Virus record (IMG/VR): IMGVR_UViG_3300045454_000119
Location: 3,173 to 67,172 of that record
DNA: 64,000 nucleotides
DNA from: a virus
Strand: one strand, 5' to 3'
Shown here in pieces: positions 36,398 to 46,911 of this stretch. The notes beneath the pieces are model-generated. The model was given only the letters and a program-made list of their open reading frames with translations. It had not been told where the DNA came from and searched no databases. How positions within the stretch are numbered: the stretch's first letter is position 1; each line of letters opens with the position of its first letter. The position numbers and the translations under genes are program-made.

Positions 36398-39300
36398 GGC
36401 GCTGTACAACCTTCTGATCGACCTCCGGGCCGACGTCGCGTCGCTGCAGAGCGACATGAACAAGGCCGCGCAGGTGGTCGAGTCGTCCACCGGCAAGATG
36501 GGGTCGGTGGTCCGCGGCTTCTTCGAGGGCCTCGGCCAGTCCCTCGCCCGCGGCCTCACCCAGGCCCTCACCAACCCGATCCAGTCGATCAAGTCCCTCG
36601 ACGCCGCCCTCGGCAAGCTGGCCGACGCCGGCGACAAGGCCGGGGCGGTGTTCGACAACTTCCGCGCCCTCGGGGGCAGCACCGACGCCATCCAGGCCGC
36701 GAAACGCGCCGTCCTCGGCACCGTCGACTCGTTCGACCTGATGCGGGCGGCGAACGAGGGGATGATCAAGGGCATTCCCAAGCTGAACCAGAACTTCGCC
36801 CAGCTCGCCGAGTTCTCGAACCGGTTCGCCGACGCCACCGGCGGGGAGACCGTCCCGGTCCTGAACGAGCTCATCACCGCGCTCGGCAGCGGCGCCCCGA
36901 AGGCGCTCCGGGCGTTCGGGTTTGAGCTCCAGGACGGGGCGAGCAAGGCGGAGAACCAGGCGGCCGTCATCGCCCAGTTGAACCAGCGGCTCCAGGAGCT
37001 CGCCCCCCTCGGCGAGTCCGTCAAGCAGGGGCAGGAGCGGCTCGGGGTCGCGCTCGCGGAAGCCTTCAAGCAGGTCGGCCTCGGGGTGAACGAGAGCGCG
37101 GCCTTGGCCCGCGTCTACAACGACCTGGCCGACGCCGTCGACCGCATCGACTGGGTTCAGGTCGGGACCGACATCGCGTCGCTCGCGTCGTCGATCGCCA
37201 GCCTGTTGCCGTCCATCCAGACCGTCACGTCCGAACTCAACCTGCTGGCCCTCGGGTTCGAGAAGATCGCCGGGTCGAGTTCGCGGGCCAAAATTTACGA
37301 GCTCCAGGGGGAGGCCGAGCGGCTCCGCACCCAGCTCGAAAACCAGAAGGCCACGGCCGCTTCCGGTTCGGGCGGGATGGGCGGCGTCGTCGGCGGCTGG
37401 TTCGAGGCGAACGCCGGGGCGAACGCCGCCGCCATCTCGCGGACGCAAAGCCAGCTCGACGACGTGCTCGCGACCATCGAGCGGATCAAGGACGAGGCGG
37501 CGTTCCCGATGGGCGGGGTGGGCGCCTCGCAGAACCTGTCCGTGCCGACCGGCATGGTGTTCCGCAACGGCCGGTGGGTGAAGCGGGATGACATCCAACG
37601 GCCCAGCGCGGAATCCGTTTCCGACGCCGCCCGCCGCAAGCGGGAGGAAGACGACCTCCAGAAAAAAAGGCTGGAGCACGAGCAGCAGCTCGCGGCCGAG
37701 CGGTCGAAGCAGGCCGCGGCGCTCATGGAAGCGCAGTACGAGAACCAGCAGCGGCAGATCCAGGACTCCACCACCCAGTGGTCGGACGCGCTCAACGTCG
37801 CGTTCTCCGAACTCGGGGTGAGCCCGCAGGTGGGCCGGCAGATGGCCGACCTGGGCGGGCAGATCGTGGCCGGGCTGTTCAGCGACCTGACCGAGAAGCA
37901 GGACGGGTTCTTCGGCCTCGGGCAGACCATCGGGCAGGGCTTCTCCGAGCTGGTGAGCAGCGTCTTCGGGGGCTCTGGCTCGTCGGGCGGGGGGGGCGGC
38001 GGCTCCGGCGGCAGTTGGGCCGACGGCCTGGGCGGGCTGTTCGGCGGGTCGTCCGGCATGAGCACCGACCAGGCGCACGCGGCCGGCTACCAGGGGCCGG
38101 GGGCCAGCCCCGACTCGGGCGCGGCCGGCAGCTTCAACGGCGGGGCGAGCACCACCAACTACGCCGGGTACGTGCAGGCCGGGGTCGGGCTGTTCAACGA
38201 CTACCGCAACCGCGACGACATCGACAAGGAGCACCAGGACAACCGCGGCACCGGCGCGGCGGTCGGCGGCACGATCGGCACCGTCATCGGGGCCATCTTC
38301 GGCATGCCCGAGGTCGGCCAGGCCATCGGCTCGGCCCTCGGCGGGTTCGTCGGCCGGTTCTTCGGCTGGGGCTCGCAGGACGCCGACACCATCTCCCGGC
38401 ACGTGTTCGCCAACTGGCTGGAGGAGAAGCTCGAAGCCGTCGGGGGCTCCCCGGTGTACTCGGACGGCAGCTTCCGCACCCTCACCAACTTCGTGGAAGG
38501 CTCTCGCGACCGGTTCAACACCCCCGGCTGGGCGGACGAGCTGAACAAGAACCCAGACGCGGGCGTGTTCACCGGCCTCGGCGAGGGCTTGAAGGAACTG
38601 CTCGGCATCTCCGAGGACATCGGCGGGCAGCTCGGGGCGCTCCTGTTCGACAACATGGAGGGGAGCGTCAACAACCTCCGCATGCTCATGAAGCGGCTGG
38701 GCATCACGTTCGAGGACGTGGAAAAAGCGCTGGTCGAGATGGGCCTCCGCGGGGAGAAGACGTGGCTCGAGATCGAGACCGCCATGCAGGGCGCGAGCGG
38801 GGCGTTCGCCGACGGGCTGGCCGAGGTGGGCGACTTCAACCTGGCCATGCAGATGCTGTTGGACTCGGGCGCGAAAGGGTTTGAAGCCGTTCAGAACGTG
38901 CGGAACATCGCGATCGAGGCCCGGGAGGCCGGGGTCAAAAACTTCGAGGAGCTCCGCGCCCGGATGCTGGAGACGTTCGACCCGGCCACCGTCGACGCCT
39001 TCTTTCGGGGGCTCGCCAACCGCGGGATCGACAACCTGGAAGAGCTCGCCAACGCCTCCGACCGCGTCGCCGGCGGCGTCGTCGCCGACATGCAGGCCGC
39101 CGGCGTGCAGTTCAAGGACACCGGCGACCAGATCGAGGGGGCGACCGACGCCGTCAACCAGAGCATCAAGGAGGCGACCGGCGCCATCCGCGAGCTGGCC
39201 GCGTCCGTCCGCGGGGTGAAGTACGAGCCAGAGCCGGAGGATGAGGAGGAGCTCTCCGACGACGGGGAGCCGAAGGCCGCGTTCGCCAACGGCGGCGTGG

Positions 39301-39563
39301 TGTTCGGCCCGACCCGCGCGCTCATGGGCGAGGCCGGCCCGGAGGCCGTCCTGCCGCTGTCCCGCAAGAACGGCCGCATGGGGGTGGCGCTGCACGGCGT
39401 TCAGGGCGGGTTCGGGAACGGCGGCGTCGTGGTGAACGTGGACGCCCGCGGGGCCGCGCCCGGCGTCGAGCACCGGGTGATGGCGGCCCTGCGGGAGATG
39501 GAGGTCGAGATCAAGGACAGCCTCTACCGGTCGATCGCGCACGGCCGCGGGAGGTACACGTAG
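36387..39563 (+). CDS. Tape measure protein
   Basis: 1058 aa, Ala/Gly-rich helical; C-terminal 'FANGGVV.GPT...GEAGPEAVLPL'. Confidence 0.92.
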   Translation: MADKALYNLLIDLRADVASLQSDMNKAAQVVESSTGKMGSVVRGFFEGLGQSLARGLTQALTNPIQSIKSLDAALGKLADAGDKAGAVFDNFRALGGSTDAIQAAKRAVLGTVDSFDLMRAANEGMIKGIPKLNQNFAQLAEFSNRFADATGGETVPVLNELITALGSGAPKALRAFGFELQDGASKAENQAAVIAQLNQRLQELAPLGESVKQGQERLGVALAEAFKQVGLGVNESAALARVYNDLADAVDRIDWVQVGTDIASLASSIASLLPSIQTVTSELNLLALGFEKIAGSSSRAKIYELQGEAERLRTQLENQKATAASGSGGMGGVVGGWFEANAGANAAAISRTQSQLDDVLATIERIKDEAAFPMGGVGASQNLSVPTGMVFRNGRWVKRDDIQRPSAESVSDAARRKREEDDLQKKRLEHEQQLAAERSKQAAALMEAQYENQQRQIQDSTTQWSDALNVAFSELGVSPQVGRQMADLGGQIVAGLFSDLTEKQDGFFGLGQTIGQGFSELVSSVFGGSGSSGGGGGGSGGSWADGLGGLFGGSSGMSTDQAHAAGYQGPGASPDSGAAGSFNGGASTTNYAGYVQAGVGLFNDYRNRDDIDKEHQDNRGTGAAVGGTIGTVIGAIFGMPEVGQAIGSALGGFVGRFFGWGSQDADTISRHVFANWLEEKLEAVGGSPVYSDGSFRTLTNFVEGSRDRFNTPGWADELNKNPDAGVFTGLGEGLKELLGISEDIGGQLGALLFDNMEGSVNNLRMLMKRLGITFEDVEKALVEMGLRGEKTWLEIETAMQGASGAFADGLAEVGDFNLAMQMLLDSGAKGFEAVQNVRNIAIEAREAGVKNFEELRARMLETFDPATVDAFFRGLANRGIDNLEELANASDRVAGGVVADMQAAGVQFKDTGDQIEGATDAVNQSIKEATGAIRELAASVRGVKYEPEPEDEEELSDDGEPKAAFANGGVVFGPTRALMGEAGPEAVLPLSRKNGRMGVALHGVQGGFGNGGVVVNVDARGAAPGVEHRVMAALREMEVEIKDSLYRSIAHGRGRYT

Positions 39564-40178
39564 GTGGCGATCACGTACCCGCTCACCCTCCCCACCAGCG
39601 TCGGCCTCACCCGGTTCAAGCCGGTTCACGTGCACGCCACCGCCACCGAGACCAGCCCGTGGACCCTCCAGGAACTTGTCCAGGAGCACCCGGGCAAGCT
39701 CATGCTGGCCGAGTGCACGGTGGCGATGGCCAAGCGGGCGAAGGCCGCCCCGTGGATCGCGTTCAAGGCGAAGCTCAAAGGCCCGAAGGGCACGTTCCTG
39801 CTGGGCCCGCCCGACGCCCGCGCCCCGCAGGGGGTCGCCACCGGCGCGCCGAAGGTGAGCGGGGCGGTCGTCAGGGGGGCCGAGGAGATCGCCACCAAGG
39901 GGTGGACGAACGGCGTCACCAACATCCTGAAGGAGGGCGACTACGTCCAGATCGGCAACCGGCTGTACCAGGTCCTGCAGAACGTGAATTCGGACGGCTC
40001 CGGGAACTGCACCCTCGACGTGTTCCCGCCGGTCCGGGAGGGGCTCTCGAACGACACCGTCATCGTCACCGCCAACCCGGTCGGGCTGTTCCGGCTGACG
40101 GCCGCCGAGCAGGTGCCGTACGAGGTGACGGCCGACGGGGTGTACGCGGTCGACTTCGTGGCGAAGGAGGCGATCTGA
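39564..40178 (+). CDS. Distal tail-like protein
   Basis: Follows TMP; 'SPWT..EL', 'LKEGDYVQIG'. Confidence 0.75.
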   Translation: MAITYPLTLPTSVGLTRFKPVHVHATATETSPWTLQELVQEHPGKLMLAECTVAMAKRAKAAPWIAFKAKLKGPKGTFLLGPPDARAPQGVATGAPKVSGAVVRGAEEIATKGWTNGVTNILKEGDYVQIGNRLYQVLQNVNSDGSGNCTLDVFPPVREGLSNDTVIVTANPVGLFRLTAAEQVPYEVTADGVYAVDFVAKEAI

Positions 40179-40179
40179 G

Positions 40180-40791
40180 GTGGCCCGCAACCTGACCGCC
40201 GGCTGGGTCGCCGAGGCGACCGCCGCCACCAAAAAGCCCGTCGTGTTCTTCGAGGCGGTGTTCGCGTCCGGCACGCTCCGCCTGTGGAACGGGGACGGGG
40301 ACATCGCGTGGGGCGGGAACACCTGGCAGGGCAACGGCTGGTTCCAGGCCCCGCAGGGGATGGAGGAGACGGTCGAGCTGGAGGCCACCGACATGGCCGT
40401 CGTCCTGTCCGGCATCCCGGCGTCCGTGCTGGCGCTCGTCCTCGGCCAGCAGAAGCAGGGGGCGGTCGGCACCCTCTGGTTCGGGTTCCAAAACAGCAGC
40501 GGCGGTATCGTCGCCGACGCCTACCCCTCGTGGACCGGGACGTACAGCCACGCCGAGGTGGCGGAGGCCGCGACCGACTCCGGCGTCACCCTCTTCTACG
40601 ACTCCCCGCTCGTCGACCTGGAGCGACCCCGCGAGGGGCGGTGGACGGACGAGACGCAGCAGCGGCTGTTCCCCGGGGACACCGGGTTCCGGTACGTGGT
40701 GGCGGTGGCCAAGTCCCCGCCGACGTGGGGGGAGAAGCGGAAGAAGGTGGACCGCAAGCGGCCGCCCAAAGGCTCACGGAGGAAGCGGTGA
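40180..40791 (+). CDS. Minor tail / hub protein
   Basis: 'LRLWNG.GDIAWGG.TWQG.G', 'QQRLFPGDTGF'. Confidence 0.75.
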   Translation: MARNLTAGWVAEATAATKKPVVFFEAVFASGTLRLWNGDGDIAWGGNTWQGNGWFQAPQGMEETVELEATDMAVVLSGIPASVLALVLGQQKQGAVGTLWFGFQNSSGGIVADAYPSWTGTYSHAEVAEAATDSGVTLFYDSPLVDLERPREGRWTDETQQRLFPGDTGFRYVVAVAKSPPTWGEKRKKVDRKRPPKGSRRKR

Positions 40792-43700
40792 GGGGGCGGC
40801 GGTACTGGCTGGAGCAGGGGCCGATCACCCGGGACGAGACGCGACGGGCGCAGGAGTTCTTCCGGAAGAAAGGGAAGTCGTTCGAACGCGGGGGCGAGGC
40901 GTTCCGGAACTTCGTCGCCCGCCTCCGCAAGCGGCGCGAGGTCAACCGCTACCTGAAGGGGAAGGAGCCGGCGGCGGCCGACCCGTCGGCCCCGTGGCAG
41001 ATCGTCTACGGCGACCGGGTCGTCGGCGGCGCCATCACATTTTTGCATTCGTCCGGCCCGAACGCCGACAACCCGGACAAGTACCTCCACGTCGTCATCA
41101 CCATCGCCTGCCACGAGATCAACCTCATCAAGGCGGTGTATTTCGACGACTACCAGGTGCAGTGGGGTACGGACCTGCTCACCCGCCCGACCGGCCAGGT
41201 GAACGCGACCGGCATCTTCGCCGGGCTGGTCGTCATGCAGATCAACTACGGGTCGGACGGGCAGGCCGCCCTGTCGGTGCCGGTCGGCCAGACCACCGGG
41301 CACAACCCGGTCGGGGCCAAATGGACGAGCGCCGACCGGCAGCGCGGGCACGCGCACGTGTACCTGCGGTTGGAGAACAACGAGGCCGTGTTCAAAAACG
41401 GGACGCCCGAGATCACGTTCGCCGTCTCGGGCAAGTACGACGTGGTCGACCCGCGGACGGGCACCAACGCCCCCGGCGCCGCGAACGCCGCCATGGTGCT
41501 GTACGACTACATGACCAACACCCGGTTCGGCCTCGGGGTGTCGCCGTCCGCGTTCAACTCCGCCCGCCTCAACCAGGCGGTGACCGACTGCGAGGACCTG
41601 ATCGCGCTGGCCGGCGGCGGGACCGAGTACCGCTACCTGGTCGACTGCCTGATCACCGCCGACGAGTCGCCCGGGGCCGTCATCGAGCAGCTCCTGGCCT
41701 CGATGGCCGGCCACATGGTGTACAGCGAGGGCAAGTGGAGCGTGTACGCCGGCAAGCCCCGCTCGGCGGTCATGACGATCGACGAGGACCTGATCCTGTC
41801 GGACGTCCGGCTCCTCACCAAGACCCCGCGGATCGACAGCTTCAACACCGTCCGGGCCACCTACGTGTCCGACCGGAACGGGTACGAGGAGGCGGACGCC
41901 CCGGAGGTGAAGAACACGGCGTACATCGCCGAGGACTCCGGCGTGGTGGTGCCGGAGGACTTCACCTACCAGTACGTCACCTCCGGCTCCCGCGTGCAGC
42001 GGCTCATGAAGATCGACCTGAACGAGGCCCGCCAAGGGCGGTTCGTCGAGTTCACCGCCCGGCTGGCGGCGTACCAGGTCGAGGCCGGGGAGTGGTTCGC
42101 CGTCAACTTCTCCCGGTTCGGCTGGGTCGGGCAGACGTTCCGCATGGTCCGCACCCGCCTCCAGTCGGAGGCGTCCGCGGACGGCCCGCCGCTGTGGACG
42201 GTGCGGGTGACGGCCAAGGCGGTCGAGGCCGCCACCTTCGACTGGCTGGCCGAGGAGTCCCCGGCCGACCAGTACCCGGACACCAACCTGCCCAACCCGT
42301 TCGAGGTGCAACCGCCGTCCGCGGTGGTGCTCGCCTCGGGGTCGGCCCACCTGTACGTGCGGGCCGACGGGACGGTGTTCTCCCGCCTCCTCATCTCGTG
42401 GACCGCCGCCCCCGACTCGTTCGTCCTGAACGGCGGGTACTACGAGGTGCAGTACCTGGCCGCGGAGATCATGACCGACTGGCTGCCGTTCACCGACGTG
42501 CCGGGCAGCTCGACGAGCGTGTACATGCTCGACGTGCTCGACGGGGTGGGCTACCAGGCGCGGGTACGGAGCGTGAACGGGCTCGGGGCCCGCAGCGCCT
42601 GGGCCACCTCCGGGGTTCACGTGGTGGCGGGCAAGACCGAGCCGCCGTCCGCCGTGACGGGTCTCCGGGCGACGGTGAACGCGGGCGGCGTCCGGCTCGA
42701 CTGGGCCGCCGTCGCCGACCTCGACGTCCGGGAGTACGAGGTGCGGTACGCCGCGGCGGGGCAGACCTGGGCCCAGGCCGCCGCCAACAACCCGGTCCGG
42801 GTCCGGGCCACCACCCACACCTTCCCCACCTTCGTGTGGGGCGGCTGGCGGTTCCTGGTCCGGGCGCTCGACACCAGCGGGAACTACTCGGCGGCCGACG
42901 CCGCGGTCGACGTGGTCGTCAGCGCCCCGGGGGCGCCGCGGTCGCTCGCCGCGGCCCAGATCGACACCACCGTCCTCGTCGACTGGGAGGCCCCGGCCAC
43001 CACCACCTTCCCGATCGACTCGTACCACGTGTACCGGCAGACGGCGACCGGCACCGCGTTCGTGGGCAAGGTCCCGAGCACCTTCGCCACCATCGTCGAG
43101 CTCGTCCCCGGGGCGGTCACGTACCTGGTGGCGGCGGTGGACGTGGCCGGGAACCAGGGGCCGACGGCGGCCGTCACCCGGACCGTCTACGCCCCCCCGG
43201 ACTACGTGTTCCGGGACGAGGCGGCCCTCGACCTGGCCGCCGCGACGCTGGCGAACGCCGCCTACGTGTCCGGCCCCGTCACCCTCGAGGTGCCGGCCGA
43301 CACCGCGCAGACGTGGGAGCAGCACTTCGTCCGCAACCACGTCACCACCGTCCAGGGCCTGATCGACGCCGGGAACACCTTCTGGCTGGAGCCGGGGGGG
43401 TCGCCCACCGGGACCGTCCCGGTCACCACCGGCGGGCCGTCGGCGTGGTTGCCGTTCGACGCCGCCGTCACCTGGGCCGAGCACTTCACCAACAACGGGT
43501 TCGACCAGATCCAGGACTTCATCGCCGCCGGCTACCCGTACTGGCTCACCCCGTCGTCCGGGACGGCGGTGTCGTGGGAGGCGCTGTTCGCCGCGTTCGG
43601 CGCCGCCACCGTGCAGGGGCTGTACGAGGCCGGGTGCCTGACGTTCGGGCAGGCCCCGCCGGCCGCGGCCGGCGTCGTCACCCTCGACTACGACCTGGGG

Positions 43701-44195
43701 GAGGTGCTCCCGCAGACGGTCACGACGGTCGCCTACGAGCTCCTGTCCAACGGCTTCACCCCGACCCCGCAGGTGTTCTGGCGGCGGGAGGCGACCGACC
43801 CGTGGACGGCCGGGCCGGCCGGGCGGCTGACCGTCACCCCGACCAACTACCGGTACCTCCGGCTGGTCGTCAGCGGGCAGGCCGCCACCGTGACCGACTG
43901 GGCGGTCGTCTCGGCCGTGACGGTGCGGGTCGACGTCCGCGAGATCGCCGACGGCGGGACGGTGGGCGTGCTCGCCGCCGACGTGGGGGGGACGTTCGTC
44001 CCGTTCAACCGGCCGTTCCTGGACGTGTCGTCGCTGGTGGTGTCGGCCGCGGGGGCGAGCGAGCTGAAGGCGGTCCGGCAGTTCACCGACGCGGCCAACC
44101 CGGCCGGGTTCTACGGGTTCCTGTACGACGCGGCCGGGACGCGGGTGGACGGCACCATCTCGTGGCATGCGAGGGGCGTGCAGGCCGTGGTATAG
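40788..44195 (+). CDS. Tail tip / host-specificity protein (J-like) with Fn3 domains
   Basis: 'IVYGDRVVGG', 'LYDYMTNTRFGLG', 'FNTVRATY', Fn3-like 'YQARVRSVNGLG..SAW'. Confidence 0.88.
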   Translation: MRGRRYWLEQGPITRDETRRAQEFFRKKGKSFERGGEAFRNFVARLRKRREVNRYLKGKEPAAADPSAPWQIVYGDRVVGGAITFLHSSGPNADNPDKYLHVVITIACHEINLIKAVYFDDYQVQWGTDLLTRPTGQVNATGIFAGLVVMQINYGSDGQAALSVPVGQTTGHNPVGAKWTSADRQRGHAHVYLRLENNEAVFKNGTPEITFAVSGKYDVVDPRTGTNAPGAANAAMVLYDYMTNTRFGLGVSPSAFNSARLNQAVTDCEDLIALAGGGTEYRYLVDCLITADESPGAVIEQLLASMAGHMVYSEGKWSVYAGKPRSAVMTIDEDLILSDVRLLTKTPRIDSFNTVRATYVSDRNGYEEADAPEVKNTAYIAEDSGVVVPEDFTYQYVTSGSRVQRLMKIDLNEARQGRFVEFTARLAAYQVEAGEWFAVNFSRFGWVGQTFRMVRTRLQSEASADGPPLWTVRVTAKAVEAATFDWLAEESPADQYPDTNLPNPFEVQPPSAVVLASGSAHLYVRADGTVFSRLLISWTAAPDSFVLNGGYYEVQYLAAEIMTDWLPFTDVPGSSTSVYMLDVLDGVGYQARVRSVNGLGARSAWATSGVHVVAGKTEPPSAVTGLRATVNAGGVRLDWAAVADLDVREYEVRYAAAGQTWAQAAANNPVRVRATTHTFPTFVWGGWRFLVRALDTSGNYSAADAAVDVVVSAPGAPRSLAAAQIDTTVLVDWEAPATTTFPIDSYHVYRQTATGTAFVGKVPSTFATIVELVPGAVTYLVAAVDVAGNQGPTAAVTRTVYAPPDYVFRDEAALDLAAATLANAAYVSGPVTLEVPADTAQTWEQHFVRNHVTTVQGLIDAGNTFWLEPGGSPTGTVPVTTGGPSAWLPFDAAVTWAEHFTNNGFDQIQDFIAAGYPYWLTPSSGTAVSWEALFAAFGAATVQGLYEAGCLTFGQAPPAAAGVVTLDYDLGEVLPQTVTTVAYELLSNGFTPTPQVFWRREATDPWTAGPAGRLTVTPTNYRYLRLVVSGQAATVTDWAVVSAVTVRVDVREIADGGTVGVLAADVGGTFVPFNRPFLDVSSLVVSAAGASELKAVRQFTDAANPAGFYGFLYDAAGTRVDGTISWHARGVQAVV

Positions 44196-44206
44196 AGGGT
44201 GAACGG

Positions 44207-44956
44207 ATGGCGAACTGGAACGAGCCCACCAACAGCACCCCGGCGACCAACGTCCTCGCGACCCTGAACGAGAAGGTCGCGAACGCCGCCAAGATGAGCT
44301 ACGGCGCCGACACCAACCTGCCGACCGGGGCGATCCGGTACAACACCACCACCAGGCTGTTCGAGTCGTGGAGCGGGTCGGCCTGGGCCGGCCTGCCGGT
44401 GTACTTCGTCGGCACCGGGACCGCCGACGGGTCGGACAACCAGACCCTGACCCTCGCCGGCGGCGGGGCGGCGGCCACCGGCCGGGGCGGGTTCACCGTC
44501 TGGAACGGGAACGAGGCGGCCGAGGTCGGGTCGATCCGGAGCTACACCGGGAACGCCGCGAACGCCACCTTCCAGGTGAACCTGGCCGGGTCGAACGGGG
44601 CGTTCTACGTGAAGAACGCGGCCGACTCGACCCTCTTCTACGTCCTCCAGGCGAACGGCAACGTCGGCGTCTCGGCCGGCGACCTGGTCGTCGCCGCCCC
44701 CGGCAAGGGGCTCCAGGTGAAGGAGGGGTCGAACGCCAAGATGGGGGTGTCGACCCTCGCCGCCGGCACCGTCACCGTGAACACCACCGCCGTCACCGCC
44801 ACCAGCCGCATCTTCCTCTCGCATCAGACGGCCGGCGGGACCGTCGGCCACGTCGCCGTCACCGCCCGCACGGCGGGCACCAGCTTCACCGTCACCAGTT
44901 CGAGCGGGTCCGACACCAGCCAGGTCGCCTGGCTGATCGTGGAGCCCGCGCCGTAG
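44207..44956 (+). CDS. Tail fibre/spike protein 1
   Basis: G/T/A-rich; N-terminus shared with 45129-46088. Confidence 0.75.
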   Translation: MANWNEPTNSTPATNVLATLNEKVANAAKMSYGADTNLPTGAIRYNTTTRLFESWSGSAWAGLPVYFVGTGTADGSDNQTLTLAGGGAAATGRGGFTVWNGNEAAEVGSIRSYTGNAANATFQVNLAGSNGAFYVKNAADSTLFYVLQANGNVGVSAGDLVVAAPGKGLQVKEGSNAKMGVSTLAAGTVTVNTTAVTATSRIFLSHQTAGGTVGHVAVTARTAGTSFTVTSSSGSDTSQVAWLIVEPAP

Positions 44957-44963
44957 GAGGGGT

Positions 44964-45128
44964 ATGACCGACCAGACCGACACCGACCAACTGACCGCGG
45001 CCGAGAAGCAGTTCCTGCTCCGGCTGCTCGCGCAGCTCCAGCTCAGCCCGCTCGCCGACGGGGCCGCCGAGACGGTGGCGACCGTGCGGGCGATCGCGAT
45101 GAAGCTCGCGCCGGGGGCGGAGGGGTAG
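44964..45128 (+). CDS. Small helical protein (possible fibre chaperone)
   Basis: AGGAGG RBS, 54 aa between the two fibre genes. Confidence 0.55.
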   Translation: MTDQTDTDQLTAAEKQFLLRLLAQLQLSPLADGAAETVATVRAIAMKLAPGAEG

Positions 45129-46088
45129 ATGGCCGACTGGAACGCCCCGACCAACGCCAGCACCTACACGTCGGTCCTGACGACGCTCAACGAGAAGATC
45201 GCCAACGCCGCCAAGATGGACTTCGCCGGCGACACGAACGTGCCGACCGGGACCGTCCGGCACGACGCCGCCACCAACAAGTTCCAGGAGTGGAACGGGT
45301 CGTCCTGGGCGGACCTGACCGTCCACTTCGGGGCCTCGGTCGGCATCGGGACGACCAGCCCCGGGGTCCGGCTCGAGGTCCAACTGGACGCCGACGCCCA
45401 GACGGCCGTGCGGGTCCGGAACGGCAGCGCCGGGTCGTCCGCGACCGCGGTCGTGCAGTTCGGGAACGACGAGAACGCGGCCGCCGCCGGCATCACCCTG
45501 TACGGCACCGGCAACACCTCCGGCGGGAACGCCGGCGGGCTGTCCATCATCGTCGGGACCACCAAGGCCCTCGCGTTCGGGGTGGCCGGGGCCGAGAAGG
45601 CCCGGTTCGACACGAGCGGCCGGTTCCTCCTGGCGAAGACGGCGGTGGCGTCCGGCAACCCCGGCGTCCACTTCGACACCACCGCCGCCCACGCCCCGAT
45701 GTCGATCAACAAGACGGCCACCGGGACGGTGAACGCGGTCCTCTGCTCGTACAGCGGCACCTACGTCGGCGGCATCGACTTCTCGAACACCGCCACCAGC
45801 TTCCCCACCTCGTCGGACTACCGGCTGAAGGAGAACCTGGTGCCGCTCGCCGGGGCGGTCGACCGGCTGCTCCGGCTCAAGGTGTACCGGGGCAACTTCA
45901 TCGCCGACCCGGACCAGACGCTTGACATGTTCCTCGCCCACGAGGTGCAGGAGGTCGTCCCGAACGCGGTGCACGGGGAGAAGGACGGGGAGCGGGCGCA
46001 GGCCCTCGACCACTCGAAGCTGGTCCCGCTCCTGACCGCCGCGCTGATCGAGGCGGTCGGCCGGATCGCGGCGCTGGAGGCCAGGTAG
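45129..46088 (+). CDS. Tail fibre 2 with S74 intramolecular chaperone
   Basis: 'SSDYRLKEN', 'FLAHEVQEVVPNAV', 'KLVPLLTAALIE..RIAALE'. Confidence 0.88.
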   Translation: MADWNAPTNASTYTSVLTTLNEKIANAAKMDFAGDTNVPTGTVRHDAATNKFQEWNGSSWADLTVHFGASVGIGTTSPGVRLEVQLDADAQTAVRVRNGSAGSSATAVVQFGNDENAAAAGITLYGTGNTSGGNAGGLSIIVGTTKALAFGVAGAEKARFDTSGRFLLAKTAVASGNPGVHFDTTAAHAPMSINKTATGTVNAVLCSYSGTYVGGIDFSNTATSFPTSSDYRLKENLVPLAGAVDRLLRLKVYRGNFIADPDQTLDMFLAHEVQEVVPNAVHGEKDGERAQALDHSKLVPLLTAALIEAVGRIAALEAR

Positions 46089-46153
46089 CCGGTAGCGCCG
46101 CCCGGGCGCCTGCGGCAGAATGGCCCCAGGTCTATCTGCCCTTTCGGAGGCCC

Positions 46154-46693
46154 ATGAAGGAAGCCGCCATTGCCCACTGCCGCGCCGCCGCCGGCCTGAT
46201 CGTCAACCCGTTCGCCGAGGCCGAGCTGATCAAGGCCCCGAGCCTCATCTACCACGTCGAGTGCGTCGGGCCGGACGGCCGGGTCAAGTGGGTCGAGGAG
46301 TTCGAGAACCTCGTCACCACGGCCGGGAAGACCGACATCGTCGACAAGTACCTCAAGGGGTCGAGCTACACCGCCGCCTGGTACCTGCTCCTGAAGGGCG
46401 CCGGGTCGGCGGCCGCCGGCGACACGCTCGCCTCGCACGCCGGCTGGTCCGAGCTGACGCCGTACTCGGGCAACCGCCCGGCGATCACCTGGGGCACCAC
46501 GTCCTCGGGCAGCAACACCTCGTCGGCCGTCGCCATCAGCATCAACGCCACCGCCACCGTCGCCGGGGCCGGCATCTGCACGGTCAACACCGGCACGTCG
46601 GGAACCCTGTACTCGGCGGGCGACTTCAGCGCGAGCCGGGGTGTTGCTAACGGGGATACTTTGCAAGTCACGATGACGATCAGCGTGAGCTAA
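46154..46693 (+). CDS. Phage structural beta-sandwich (fibre subunit-like)
   Basis: 'NLVTTAGK', 'YSGNRPAITW', 'GTLYS..F...V.NGDTLQVT'. Confidence 0.7.
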   Translation: MKEAAIAHCRAAAGLIVNPFAEAELIKAPSLIYHVECVGPDGRVKWVEEFENLVTTAGKTDIVDKYLKGSSYTAAWYLLLKGAGSAAAGDTLASHAGWSELTPYSGNRPAITWGTTSSGSNTSSAVAISINATATVAGAGICTVNTGTSGTLYSAGDFSASRGVANGDTLQVTMTISVS

Positions 46694-46707
46694 CCACGGA
46701 GGACACC

Positions 46708-46911
46708 ATGTCGGACGAGAACCAACCCGAAGCACCCGAAGTCGCGTTCGCCTTCGCCGAGGGGGAAGAGGTCATCCTCTTCGGCCACGGCGGGCTACCC
46801 GCCAAGATCCTCACCCGGCTCGTCGGCCCCGACCGGACGCCGCTCTACGAGGTGGTGTACGCCGCCCGGGAGACGCTCCGGGAGGACGAGCTCGCCCCGA
46901 AGGCGGCATGA
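46708..46911 (+). CDS. Small hypothetical protein
   Basis: GGAGG RBS. Confidence 0.6.
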   Translation: MSDENQPEAPEVAFAFAEGEEVILFGHGGLPAKILTRLVGPDRTPLYEVVYAARETLREDELAPKAA

